Shown here piece by piece: positions 18,667 through 28,492 of a stretch of DNA of 64,000 bases (positions are counted from its first letter, which is position 1; each line of letters starts with the position of its first letter). The DNA comes from an uncultured delta proteobacterium (GTDB lineage: Bacteria; Myxococcota_A; Polyangia; Polyangiales; Polyangiaceae). The stretch is from contig CAWJCS010000004.1 of the NCBI GenBank assembly GCA_963841435.1, positions 736,001 through 800,000 on the forward strand. The letters are read 5' to 3'. The notes below the pieces were generated by a model. The model did not search any database. It saw nothing but the letters and a program-made list of their open reading frames with translations, and was not told where the DNA came from. The position numbers and the translations under genes are program-made.

Positions 18667-19191
18667 GTGTCCCGCCTGACCGTCGTCACCGGTGACATCA
18701 CCGAGCTCGCCGTCGATGCGATCGTCAACGCTGCGAACGAGCGGATGTTGGGCGGCGGCGGTGTGGACGGCGCCATCCACCGAGCCGCGGGCCCCGAGCT
18801 CCTCGCAGCATGCCGTGCCGTTCCCGAGCTCCGGCCCGGAGTCCGTTGCCCGACGGGCGAAGCACGCCTCACGCCGGCCTTCGCGCTCAGGGCGCGCTTC
18901 GTCATCCACACCGTCGGCCCCGTGTGGCGAGGCGGTGCTAGCGGCGAGCCGGAAGCGCTCGCTGCCGCCTATCGTGCCTCGCTCGCCCTCGGTCGAGATC
19001 ACGGCGCGCGAACGATCGGTTTTCCGGCGATCAGCACCGGTGTGTACGGCTATCCGCTAGACCAGGCCGCAGACCTAGCGGTTCGCACCATCCGGGCGTT
19101 CCAGGCGCTCGAGCCGATGCCGGAGCGCGTTTTGCTCGTTGCCTTCACGAGCGCGGACGCGGCGATGCTCGCCAGGCACCTTTGCGGGTGA
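18667..19191 (+). CDS. Macro-domain protein (O-acetyl-ADP-ribose deacetylase, YmdB-like)
   Basis: GDIT...DAIVNAAN..MLGGGGVDGAIHRAAG, VIHTVGP, FPAISTGVYGYP. Confidence 0.94.
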   Translation: MSRLTVVTGDITELAVDAIVNAANERMLGGGGVDGAIHRAAGPELLAACRAVPELRPGVRCPTGEARLTPAFALRARFVIHTVGPVWRGGASGEPEALAAAYRASLALGRDHGARTIGFPAISTGVYGYPLDQAADLAVRTIRAFQALEPMPERVLLVAFTSADAAMLARHLCG

Positions 19192-19309
19192 GCCGCGACC
19201 GGGGCAGGGGAGCCGCGCCTGGGCGGCCCTCGCGCGCTCCGGCGCGTGGCCGCGCGCGCTGCTGCGGGAGCCGCTGCCGATCCGGCCGAGAGCGGCTAGA
19301 GTCGTCGGC

Positions 19310-19693
19310 GTGCCCAGGTACGAAGGGTCGTGTCACTGCGGGCGCGTGCGCTTCCGGGTGGAGGCGAGCCTCGACGCGGTGGCGGAATGCAACTGCTCGA
19401 TGTGCGAGAAAAAGGGCTTCTTGCACCTCATCGTCGCGACCGGCGCTTTCGAGCTCGTGGCGGGTGCCGACGAGCTCACGTCGTATCGCTTCAACACCGG
19501 CGTCGCGGAGCACCGCTTCTGCCGTCACTGTGGCGTGCACCCTTTCTACACGCCGCGCTCCGATCCCGACAAAGTGGACGTGAATGCGCGCTGCCTCGAA
19601 GGCGTCGACGTGACGAGCCTCGAGCGTCGTGCCTTCGACGGCAAGAACTGGGAGCAAGCCATCCGCTCCGCCCCCTTTCAGACGCCCCGCTGA
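19310..19693 (+). CDS. GFA (CENP-V-like) zinc-binding protein
   Basis: GSCHCG.V.F, CNCSMC.K.G, FC..CGVHPF..PRSDP. Confidence 0.9.
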   Translation: MPRYEGSCHCGRVRFRVEASLDAVAECNCSMCEKKGFLHLIVATGAFELVAGADELTSYRFNTGVAEHRFCRHCGVHPFYTPRSDPDKVDVNARCLEGVDVTSLERRAFDGKNWEQAIRSAPFQTPR

Positions 19694-19735
19694 GCGGCGG
19701 AGCCAACGATCGATCGTGAACGACGGCGGCTCGCC

Positions 19736-20800
19736 TCAGTTGGCGCCCGCCAGCGAGATCACCGCGCAGCGCCCCGCGTTGCAGACGGCTTCGAGAGCGG
19801 GCGGGTACTGAGGGACGCAGGCGGGGCAACCGACGGGGTCGCTGCCGCACACGAGCGCGCCGAGCCCACCCTCGGGGTTCACGGCGACGACCTTGCGCGC
19901 ATCGGCGCTGCACCCCTCGCAGCAACCGAGTCCGTCGCGCAGCGTGCAATCCTCGTTCGTCGTGCACTCCGTCACCGACGACTCGCGCGCGTCGAAGAGC
20001 TCGCAGAAGCCGGCCTGACAGGTCGCACCGAACCAGGCGCTGTCGTCCGGGTCGGGCGGATCGCAAATGGGGCAGGCGATCCCGCCGCAGCCCGCGCGCA
20101 GGGGGTAATTCGCTGCGGCGTCATGATTCACGGCGACGAGCGGATCCGGCTGGCGGAGCGCGCAGTCACCGCAGCAGCCCCGCGTGATGACGACGCAATC
20201 GGACGACGAGGTGCACGCGGCGGCGTGGAAATCGCCCGACAGACCGCAACCGTCGTAGCACCGCTCCATGCTTTCGAAGTTGTTCGCGTTGCCTTCGCAG
20301 CCGCCGTAAGAAAACGGCACGCAGACGCCGAGTTTCTGGTCGAAGGCGTAGCGGGAGAGCGCGCCGTCGCATGGCCCGGTGTCGGCGGGCAGCGCGCAAG
20401 GGTCACCGTTGTCTCCGCCGGCGCCCGCGGCGCCGCTCGCATTGCCCGCGCCGCCGCCACCTGCCGGCCCCGTGCCGCCCAACGAGCCCGCAGTGCCGCC
20501 CTCCGTTGCGTCGCCGCCCGTCGGTCCGTCGCCGCCCGACGAGCCCCCGCCGCCGCCGCTGCCCCCGACGGTGCTGCCCGCGAACGACCCCGCGCTACCG
20601 GCCGTGCCGCCGCGGCCGCTGCTTGCGCCCGTGCCGCCGTTCGCTCCACGACCCGCCGCCGCGCCGCTGCCCGCCTGGGCGCCCTCGCCGCCCGTGCCGG
20701 CGTTGCAATCCGCGCAGCTCGACTCGGAGCGGCCCGCGCACCCCGCAAACGAAGCCGCGGCGAGCGCGATGCCGAAAAGCGCACCACCGACGCCTCGCAT
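19736..20800 (-). CDS. Lipoprotein with Gly-rich linker, BPTI/Kunitz domain and two Cys-rich repeats
   Basis: FAGC lipobox; CALPADTGPCDG..RYAFD....C..FSYGGCEGNANNF.S...C...C. Start 20800 or 20803. Confidence 0.85.
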   Translation of the reverse strand: MRGVGGALFGIALAAASFAGCAGRSESSCADCNAGTGGEGAQAGSGAAAGRGANGGTGASSGRGGTAGSAGSFAGSTVGGSGGGGGSSGGDGPTGGDATEGGTAGSLGGTGPAGGGGAGNASGAAGAGGDNGDPCALPADTGPCDGALSRYAFDQKLGVCVPFSYGGCEGNANNFESMERCYDGCGLSGDFHAAACTSSSDCVVITRGCCGDCALRQPDPLVAVNHDAAANYPLRAGCGGIACPICDPPDPDDSAWFGATCQAGFCELFDARESSVTECTTNEDCTLRDGLGCCEGCSADARKVVAVNPEGGLGALVCGSDPVGCPACVPQYPPALEAVCNAGRCAVISLAGAN

Positions 20801-20850
20801 CATTCGAGATTATCGCACGGTGCGAGTCCCGAGCAAGGGGCCCGTGCGGG

Positions 20851-21741
20851 TCAGCGCTTTTCGAAGCTGTACATGAACGGATCCACCTCGACCGTCGCGC
20901 CTTCGGGAAACTCGAGCGCGAGGACGTAAAGGTTCTTGCCCACGACGTGGATCGTCCCAAGCTTCTGCACTTTGTCCGGGCAGACCACCTTGTACTGGAT
21001 CGACGTGTGGCCTTCCTTTTCGATGATGGCGTGGAGCTTCATCTTGTCGGCGCAGCGGCCGAAGAGCTCGCGCGAGCGCTTGAGGAAATAGCGATTGTCG
21101 ATCTTCGTGGCCGGTGGCGCGGGGCGCAGTGTCACCTCGTACGCTGCGCCGTTCGGCGCCGACACCGACCATTTCTTCACGTCGCCGTCGCTGCTCGCCG
21201 TGACGCCTTTGGGCATCACCGCCGAGAACCCGGCTTGCTTGGCCTCGAAGCGCGCCCAGCCGTCCGGCATCGTCTGCTTTTTCACCTCGACGGGAGCGAC
21301 GCCCGTGGCGGCGCACACGCCGACCGCTTTGAACTCCTTGGCACAGTTGAGCGGGACGACGTTCGAGCAGAACAAGAAGTCCTTGTCGGTGCGAGCACAC
21401 TCGAGGGCTTTGCGCGTCACGCCGTCGCAGGCCTCGGGCGAGTCCTCGTAGTTTTTACACGTGACCCGGCACGTCGCGAGCTGGTCCTTCGTGCACTTCG
21501 GCGCGACGGCGTCGCACATCTTGTTGCACAGAGACAAGAGCGACTCGGGGGGCGGCGCGGAGGGCGTCTCATCGCTGGCTTCGGGCTCGGGGCTCGCGGG
21601 AGCCTCGAGCTCGCTCGCTCTGGGCTCCGGGGAAGCGTCGGTGCCGCCCGTTTGGGGCGTTTCGGGCGGCTCGTCCACGGGAGCCTTCGGGCTCGCGCAG
21701 GCGCAAGCCAAAAGGACGAGCAGGACGGCGCGGCGTGCCAT
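20851..21741 (-). CDS. Lipoprotein with Pro/Glu linker, Cys-rich helical domain and C-terminal alpha/beta domain
   Basis: LACAC lipobox; CNKMC...C....C...C...C motif; GC3-biased codon use. Confidence 0.72.
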   Translation of the reverse strand: MARRAVLLVLLACACASPKAPVDEPPETPQTGGTDASPEPRASELEAPASPEPEASDETPSAPPPESLLSLCNKMCDAVAPKCTKDQLATCRVTCKNYEDSPEACDGVTRKALECARTDKDFLFCSNVVPLNCAKEFKAVGVCAATGVAPVEVKKQTMPDGWARFEAKQAGFSAVMPKGVTASSDGDVKKWSVSAPNGAAYEVTLRPAPPATKIDNRYFLKRSRELFGRCADKMKLHAIIEKEGHTSIQYKVVCPDKVQKLGTIHVVGKNLYVLALEFPEGATVEVDPFMYSFEKR

Positions 21742-21765
21742 GGGCGGCGAGCCTAGCAGGGTCGG

Positions 21766-23097
21766 TCAGGCCTTGACTAGGTCGGGCCACGCGTCGCGAA
21801 ACACGCCCCGCGTGTTGACCACCAGCCGGGCGTGTCTGCGCACGAACGAGAAGTTGACGGCGCGGTGGTGGGTGACGACCACCACGGCGTCGGCTGCCGC
21901 GAGGCGCTCCTCGGTGAGCGGCTCGGAGGCAAGCTCCGGCAGCTCCGGGAACGCCCGCGCGCGCGGCAGCTTCTCGACGTGGGGATCGTGATACGCGACG
22001 GTGGCGCCGCGCTCCAGGAGGCGCCGCAAGAGCTCGAACGCTGGGCTTTCGCGCGTGTCGTCGATGTTGGGCTTGTACGAAACACCGAGCACGAGCACGC
22101 GCGCGCCCGGGAGCCGCCCGCCACGCTCGCTGAGCGCGCGTTCGAGCTTGTTGACGACGAACGACGGCATGCTGACGTTGATCTCTCCGGCAAGCTCGAT
22201 GAAACGCGTCGGTGCTCCGACCGCCTGCGCCGCGAACGCGAGGTAGAAGGGATCCACCGGGACGCAGTGTCCGCCCCAGCCTGGCCCGGGATCGAAACGG
22301 TCGTAGCCGAAGGGCTTCGTGGCCGCCGCGTCGAGCACCTCCCACACGTCGATGCCCATGCGGTCGAAGATCAACTTGAGCTCGTTGACGAGCGCGATGT
22401 TCACGGCACGATAGACGTTCTCCGAGAGCTTGGTGGCCTCCGCAACGCGCGCCGACGAGACGCGCACGGTGCGCTCGAACACCTCGGCGTAGAGTGCTTC
22501 GGCCACGTCGCCCGAGAGTGGATCGACACCGGCGACGACCTTGGGGATCGTGTGCGTCGGGAAGCGCGTGTTCCCGGGGTCCTCGCGTTCCGGCGAAAAT
22601 CCGAGGAAGAAGTCGCGGCCCGAAGCGAGGCCGGAGCGCTCGAGCAGCTCCTTGACGAGGCCGTCGGTCGTGCCGGGGTAGGTCGTCGACTCGAGCACCA
22701 CGAGCTGGCCGCGGCGCAATCTCTTGCCGATGGCCTCGGCCGTGCTGCGAACGGCACCGAGATCGGGCTCGCGCCGCCGTGTGACGGGGGTCGGGACGGC
22801 GATCAGGATCGCGTCGGCCTCGGTCAGTCGCTCGAGGTCCTCGGTCGGGAGGAAGCGTCGCGAAGCGAGCGCGTCGACGAGGCGCGCCTTTTCGAGATAC
22901 GAAAGCGTCGGCTCACCGCGCCGGAGGCGTTCGAGCTTCTCGCCGTCGATGTCGAGCCCGATCACGCGAAAGCCATGCTCGACGAAGGTGAGGGCGACGG
23001 GCAGCCCGACGTGCCCGAGCCCGATCACGGCGACGCTCGCGTCACGCGAGCGAAAGCGCGCGACCAGCTCCCGGGCCGTGCTCGACGCTTCGGACAC
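21766..23097 (-). CDS. Nucleotide-sugar dehydrogenase (UDP-GlcNAc/ManNAc 6-dehydrogenase family, WbpA/WecC-like)
   Basis: VIGLGHVG, IAVPTP, LESTTYPGTT, SPEREDPG, K..EN.YR.VNIAL.NEL, PGPG.GGHC.PVDP, YKPN.DD.RESP. Confidence 0.93.
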   Translation of the reverse strand: MSEASSTARELVARFRSRDASVAVIGLGHVGLPVALTFVEHGFRVIGLDIDGEKLERLRRGEPTLSYLEKARLVDALASRRFLPTEDLERLTEADAILIAVPTPVTRRREPDLGAVRSTAEAIGKRLRRGQLVVLESTTYPGTTDGLVKELLERSGLASGRDFFLGFSPEREDPGNTRFPTHTIPKVVAGVDPLSGDVAEALYAEVFERTVRVSSARVAEATKLSENVYRAVNIALVNELKLIFDRMGIDVWEVLDAAATKPFGYDRFDPGPGWGGHCVPVDPFYLAFAAQAVGAPTRFIELAGEINVSMPSFVVNKLERALSERGGRLPGARVLVLGVSYKPNIDDTRESPAFELLRRLLERGATVAYHDPHVEKLPRARAFPELPELASEPLTEERLAAADAVVVVTHHRAVNFSFVRRHARLVVNTRGVFRDAWPDLVKA

Positions 23098-23103
23098 GGG
23101 CGC

Positions 23104-23886
23104 CTATTCCCTCGACCCGCTCGTTCCCGCGGCCCGGACGAGCGTCGCGAGCAGCGGCTCGGGGTCGTCGACGCGCATCAAGGCCTCCCCGAGCAGTGCG
23201 GCGTGGGCCTTACCGCGCGCCACCTCGGCGACCGCCTCGGGCGTTGCGAGCCCCGAGAGGTGGACGCCCGTGATGCGGCTCGGGAGCGCGTTCAGGGTGC
23301 GTGCCGCGCGAGCCGGGGCCATCTCGAGCGTGTCGAGGTCGCGGGCGTTCACGCCGACGAGCGTCGCACCGGCGTCGAGCGCGAGCGTGGCTTCCCGCTC
23401 GTCCACGATTTCGACGAAGGGCTCGAGGCCGCGCTCGCGCGCCGCACCGACGAGCTCGGGGAGGCGAGCGGCCGAGAGGATGCGAACGATCAAGAGCACG
23501 GCGTCCGCGCCGACCGCGCGCGCCGCGTCGAGCTGCACCTCGTCGATGACGAACTCCTTGCAGAGGATTGGCAGCGCACACGCTGCGCGCGCCTCGCCGA
23601 TGTGCTCGAACGCCCCGTCGAAGAACGGCCCGTCCGCGAGCACGCTCACCATCGTCGCGCCCGCCCGCTCGTACGCCCTTGCCCGCTCCGCCACGCCGAG
23701 CGCCACGGACAGCGCTCCGGCCGAGGGCGAGCGGCGCTTGATTTCGGCGATGAGCCGCAAGGGCTCGCCCTCGCCGCGCTCGAGCCCGAGCGGGCGCGGT
23801 GCGGGCCCCGGCGCGAGGGGCCGCGAGCGTAGCTTTCGCACCTCCTCGACCTTTTGCGCGAGGATGCGCGCGAGGACGCCGCTCAC
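23104..23886 (-). CDS. trpC: Indole-3-glycerol-phosphate synthase
   Basis: LIAEIKRRSPSAG, SVL.D..FF.G, PILCKEFVID..Q, GADAVLLI, VGVNARDL.TL, LLGEALM. Confidence 0.92.
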   Translation of the reverse strand: MSGVLARILAQKVEEVRKLRSRPLAPGPAPRPLGLERGEGEPLRLIAEIKRRSPSAGALSVALGVAERARAYERAGATMVSVLADGPFFDGAFEHIGEARAACALPILCKEFVIDEVQLDAARAVGADAVLLIVRILSAARLPELVGAARERGLEPFVEIVDEREATLALDAGATLVGVNARDLDTLEMAPARAARTLNALPSRITGVHLSGLATPEAVAEVARGKAHAALLGEALMRVDDPEPLLATLVRAAGTSGSRE

Positions 23887-24930
23887 GTGCTTTTCGGAGC
23901 GCGCTGGGCGAGGGCCGCGTTCCGCCAGGTTTCGAGCAGCCGTAGCGCGGCGCCGTTCTCGAGGACCTCGCGGGCCGCGTGGGCGGCAGCCTTCGGCTCG
24001 AGCCCCCGCGCGACGACGAGCGCGGCCGCACCATTGAGCACGAACGCGTCGCGTGACGGATGAGGCTCGCCGGCGAGCACCTTGCGGAGCACGTCCGCGT
24101 TCTCCTTCGGGTCGCCCCCCACGACGGCGCCCGCGGGGCTCTTCGAGAGCCCGAAGTCTTCCGGAGCCACTTCGAACTCGCGTAGCGTGCCGTCGTCGAG
24201 CTCCGTGACGCGCGTCGTCGCGTGGGGGCTGAGCTCGTCCATGCCGTCGCTGCTGCGGATGACCCACGCGCGGCGGGTTCCGAGGTCGCGCAGGGCGCCC
24301 GCGAGCACGGGGCGCATCGAGTCGTCGTAGGCGCCGAGCAGCTGGTGGGTGGCCAACGCCGGATTCGAGAGCGGCCCAATGGCGTTGAACAGCGTGCGGA
24401 TGCCGAGCTCGCGCCGGATCGGCATGGCGTGCTTCATCGCGGGGTGGTGCGCCTGGGCGAACAGGAAGGCGATGCCCGCCTCGCGCAACACCGCGGCCTG
24501 GCTTTTTGCGGGCACGTCGAGCGGCACGCCGAGCGCCTCGAGCACGTCGGCGCTGCCCGAGCGGCTCGTGGCGGCGCGGTTGCCATGCTTGGCCACGGGC
24601 ACGCCTGCCGCGGCCGCGATCAGCGCCGCGCCGGTCGAACAGGTTCAACGTTCCCGAGCCGTCGCCACCCGTGCCGCACGTGTCGAGCACGACATCGTGC
24701 TCGTGCGGCACGCGGATCATCACGGCGCGCATCGCGGCCGCGGCCTGGGCGAGCACCTCGGCGCGGTCGCCATGGAGGCGCAGGCAGGCAAGCAGGGCGC
24801 CAATCTGCGATGGAGCCCAGGCACCGGCGAAGATCGCGTCGAAGACGCGCCGTACCGTCGGGCCGCGCAGGCCTCCCGGAGCGGTCAGCTCCTCGAAGAC
24901 CATCGCGAAGGGGATCGGATCGTCGGTCAT
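23883..24930 (-). CDS. trpD: Anthranilate phosphoribosyltransferase; one +1 frameshift at about 24638
   Basis: DTCGTGGDG..T.NLST, VAKHGNR..TS.SGSADVLEALG, FLFA..HHPAMK, RTLFN.IGPL.NP, DGMDE. Removing one base restores NLSTGAA. Confidence 0.9.
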
Positions 24931-25499
24931 AGCGAGCTCAGCCAGTTCTGCATGAGGGTCATGCCGTGCTCGGTGAGCACGGACTCGGGGTGAAACTGCA
25001 CTCCCTCGACGGGTTGCTCCTTGTGCCGGAGGCCCATAATCTCGCCCTCGGCCGTGCGAGCCGTGACCGTCAGGCAGGCCGGCAGGGTCGCCTCCTCGAC
25101 GATCAACGAATGATAGCGTGTGGCTTCGAACGGGGTCGGGAGCCCGCGATAGATGCGCGCGCCGTCGTGCTCGATGGGTGACGTCTTGCCGTGCATCAAG
25201 CGCGGGGCACGCATCACGACGCCGCCGTACGCCTGGCCGATCGACTGGTGTCCGAGGCAGACCCCGAGGATCGGCAAACTTGGTGGGTGCTTCTCGATGA
25301 GCTCGAGCGTGATGCCCGCGTCGTTGGGCGTCCCGGGGCCGGGCGACAAGAGGACGCCATCGGGGCGGCTCTCGAGCACCTCGCTCGCCGTCGTGCGATC
25401 GTTCAGCCGTACGTCGCACTCGGCGCCGAGCGCGAGCAGGTACTGCACCAGATTGTAGGTGAAGGAGTCGTAGTTATCGACGACCACGACGCGCTTCAT
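24927..25499 (-). CDS. trpG: Anthranilate/aminodeoxychorismate synthase glutamine amidotransferase subunit
   Basis: DNYDSFTYNL, SPGPG.P, PILGVCLGHQ, HGKTS, RYHSL, GVQFHPES; upstream of trpD-trpC. Confidence 0.92.
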   Translation of the reverse strand: MKRVVVVDNYDSFTYNLVQYLLALGAECDVRLNDRTTASEVLESRPDGVLLSPGPGTPNDAGITLELIEKHPPSLPILGVCLGHQSIGQAYGGVVMRAPRLMHGKTSPIEHDGARIYRGLPTPFEATRYHSLIVEEATLPACLTVTARTAEGEIMGLRHKEQPVEGVQFHPESVLTEHGMTLMQNWLSSL

Positions 25500-25705
25500 G
25501 ACGAGGCGGAGCGTTGCATCGAAAAAAAACCCGGTCAATGCGCGGGGGGCGGCCGAGCCCATCGCGAACGCGCGGCCAGCGCGGATCCGGCTCCCGAAGC
25601 GCGGCCCGGGAGCCCTTCAGGAACCGAAAACCGCCCTGACCGAGGCCGACCGGGCGAGCCGTGGTAAAATAAGGTGCGTACGCTTTTCGCAACGGAGGGA
25701 CTGTC

Positions 25706-26290
25706 ATGCTTCAACGCGCTAGGGCTTGGGTCGGTTTCCGTGCGGGCCTCCTGGGTGTCGCTCTCGCCAGCTCCCTCGCCGGCGGCTGCAAAGGTGGGGA
25801 CGACGAGGACGACTCCGCGTGCGCGCTGCCGTCGAACGCGCGCGGGAGCACGGCCTGCCAGCGCTGGCAGACGACATACTGCTCGTTTTTGGATCGCTGC
25901 GGCGGCGGCGGCGACCAGTGCACGTGCATCGATCAGGCGAGCGGCGTCAGGTGCTCGTCGGATTCGCAGGCGTCGAGCTGCGCCGACGCCCTTGCGTCGG
26001 TGGGCTGCAACTCCCCGCCGAGTGGCTGTGACCTCGGCGACGTGGCTGATCCCGTCCCGGCCCAGCAGGGATGCCAGTCGTTCCTCGGCGCCGTGTGCGA
26101 CCACGACGCCGCGTGCGTCGGGACGCCCGTCGACCAGTGCCTCGCCGACGCGAGCACGCAGATCGATTGCAGTCAGGCCATCGCCATCAAGCCGAAGCTC
26201 GATCAGTGCCTGGTCAACGTCGGGGCGCTGTCCTGCTCCGCGAGCGAGCTTCCGCCGACGTGCGACGCGGCGGTGGTGCTGCTGCGCTGA
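25706..26290 (+). CDS. Cys-rich lipoprotein with two internal repeats
   Basis: AGGC lipobox; two units of C......C....C.....C......C......C......C...P..C. Confidence 0.72.
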   Translation: MLQRARAWVGFRAGLLGVALASSLAGGCKGGDDEDDSACALPSNARGSTACQRWQTTYCSFLDRCGGGGDQCTCIDQASGVRCSSDSQASSCADALASVGCNSPPSGCDLGDVADPVPAQQGCQSFLGAVCDHDAACVGTPVDQCLADASTQIDCSQAIAIKPKLDQCLVNVGALSCSASELPPTCDAAVVLLR

Positions 26291-26312
26291 GCAGCCGAGC
26301 CGTGAGAGACGC

Positions 26313-27171
26313 TCACCTCGCCGGGCCGGCGAGGAAGCGCTCGATGCGCGCGTTGACGAGTGCGGGGAACTCGACGGGCACGTAATGCGTCGCCCTCGGC
26401 ACGACGAACAGCTCCGCGCTCTTCAGTCGCCCCGCGAGCTCGGCGGCAACGCGCGGGGAAAACAGCGGATCGCGGGCGCCCGTCACGACGAGCGTCCGCG
26501 CCGTCACGCGGGCGAGCGCCACGGACGCGTCGTGACGATGCAGCTCGCCGAGCGTGCGCAAATAGGTGTCGAGATCGATGCTCTCGAAGTCGCGCGCGAG
26601 CGCGAGCAGCTCGTCGGTGCCGAGCGCCGGGCTGACGAGGTGGAGTCGCCGCACGAGCTCGGCGGCACGGCGCGAGCGCGACAAGCGCCGCACGATCCGC
26701 TCCCCGATGCGATGGTGAGGGCGCATCCGCTCGAGCAGGCCCGGCAGGAAGGCGCCCGCGCCGGGCAACCTCAGGCGCGCGAGCGGCTGGCGGTACGTGC
26801 CGTTGATCAGCACGAGCTTTTGCGCCCGCTCGGGGCTCCGCGCGCAGAGCTCGAGCACGACCTGGACCCCCATGCTCCAGCCCACGGAAAATCGCCTTCT
26901 CGACCCTCGCAGCGTCGAGCAGATCTTCGAGGTCGTCGGCTTGCGCCGCCACGTCCACCCTCGAAGGGGGAGCGTGTCCGCGCGAGCCGTAAAGTCCGCG
27001 GTAGTCCCACGAGAGCAGTCGGTGACGGGTCTCGAAGTGCGCGACCTGGTGGTGAAAGGCGCTCACCGGACCGCCGAGCCCGTTCGCGAGCACGATGGTG
27101 TCGCCCTCGGTTCCGCCCCGGTACGCCGAGAGGGGCGCCCCATCCCGGCGGGTTAGCAGGAACCGTTGCAT
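26313..27171 (-). CDS. Alpha/beta-fold hydrolase; one +1 frameshift at about 26886
   Basis: LANGLGG, WDYRG.Y.S, nucleophile GWSMG, G.RD, ATHY..VE.P. Confidence 0.85.
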
Positions 27172-27304
27172 CCCTGCCCATTCTAGCGGGGGCGGACGGG
27201 GGCGGGGCGATTCGAGCTTGCCTAGAATGGGGGCCTACCGCTACTGTCCCGGGCCCGCTGGGTCCGACCGGGCCCGCCGTTCGGCCTCTCACCGCGAAAA
27301 ACCG

Positions 27305-28423
27305 ATGTCGGACAACAAGCCAAAAATCGATCTCAAGGCTAGGCTCGGCAAAAAGACCGTGAGCACCCCTGCCGCGGCCTCCGTGCCCCCCCCCATGGGC
27401 ATCCCCCGGCCACCGGCCGCGGCGCCGGTGCCGCAACGCTCACCCTCCGGGGTCCCGGCCCCCCCGTTCGGCCAACCCCAGGGGGCGCCGCGGGTGGACC
27501 CGACCAACCCCTACGCGTCGGTGTCGGCCCAGGCCGCGCCGTCGCGCCCAGCTGCCATCCGCGTCGAGATGGGCGAAGAGGTGAGGGAGGCCCAGCGGCG
27601 CGGCAGGAGCCGCGTGCTCGTGCTCGCCCTCGTCACGGCCATCGTGGGCGGCGTCATCGGCTTCGCGTTTGGCGGTGGCGCCGAGCGCGCCAAAGGGGCG
27701 GACGCTGCGGTCGCGGGCGCCAAGGAGCTTCTGAAGCTAGTCAACGACTCCAACAAGCAGATCACCGAGCTCGCCGACGTGATCAAGTCGGCACGCGGTA
27801 AGCTGCTCCAGAAGGGCGAGTACCCGCAGGACGAGGTGACCAAGCTTGCCGCGATCAACATCGCGTTCAAGCCGGCTGATCTCGCCGACAAGGGCATCGG
27901 CCGCTTCAAGCGCGACACGATGGCGATGCTGGTCGATTTTACCGCCGCTGCCGAGGCGATGAACGATCAGAAGGAGTCCCTGCACCTCTTCCTCGCGAGC
28001 CAGCGCCTCAAGGATTTCGTCGCCGAGCAAAAGGCGCCGAAGGTCGCGTGGGTCGGCTACATGGGCGGGGGTCCGGGCGGCCCGTGGATTTCGCTCGAGC
28101 CGCTGCAGACGCAGTTTCCGGCGGCCGCCGACAAGACCAAGTGGCCCGACGACATCGAGGTCAGCGACGGCAAGTCGAAGACCAAGATCAAGCGCTACAA
28201 CTCCGGTGACCCCGCCGGCAACGAGCCGCCCTTCATTCCCATCAATCCGCAGACCCAGGGCGCGGTCTGCCCGTCCGACATCGTCGGCTCCTTAATCTCG
28301 CAGATGATCAAAATGGAGAACGTGCTGCGCGGCGACCCGACCCCGGGCGTCGACAAGACCGGTCTCATCGAGAAGGGCCAGAAGCTCGTGGAGCAGCTGA
28401 AGAAGATCGGCAGGGACGCCTAG
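27305..28423 (+). CDS. Hypothetical bitopic membrane protein (Pro-rich cytoplasmic N-terminus, single TM, Lys-rich domain)
   Basis: Long ORF with strongly GC3-biased codons; TM VLVLALVTAIVGGVIGFAFGG. Confidence 0.78.
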   Translation: MSDNKPKIDLKARLGKKTVSTPAAASVPPPMGIPRPPAAAPVPQRSPSGVPAPPFGQPQGAPRVDPTNPYASVSAQAAPSRPAAIRVEMGEEVREAQRRGRSRVLVLALVTAIVGGVIGFAFGGGAERAKGADAAVAGAKELLKLVNDSNKQITELADVIKSARGKLLQKGEYPQDEVTKLAAINIAFKPADLADKGIGRFKRDTMAMLVDFTAAAEAMNDQKESLHLFLASQRLKDFVAEQKAPKVAWVGYMGGGPGGPWISLEPLQTQFPAAADKTKWPDDIEVSDGKSKTKIKRYNSGDPAGNEPPFIPINPQTQGAVCPSDIVGSLISQMIKMENVLRGDPTPGVDKTGLIEKGQKLVEQLKKIGRDA

Positions 28424-28430
28424 TCCGGCA

Positions 28431-28464
28431 GGGCCTCGCCGCTCGGACGAGGCCCCCACTTCTT
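28431..28464 (+). terminator. Hairpin between convergent genes, possible intrinsic terminator
   Basis: GGGCCTCG...CGAGGCCC stem followed by CCACTTCTT. Confidence 0.45.
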
Positions 28465-28492
28465 CGCTCGGCGCGCCCGTCGCGTCGGCTCT

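Noticed and set aside
10666-19191. Anti-phage defence island (dinB, patatin, macro domain)
   Set aside because: The genes are not contiguous, the macro protein is an ordinary YmdB type, and no nucleotide cyclase, nuclease, sirtuin or ADP-ribosyltransferase partner is present.
23104-25419. A 771-aa TrpD-TrpC fusion
   Set aside because: Artefact of the trpD frameshift; trpD has its own stop at 23883 overlapping the trpC GTG.
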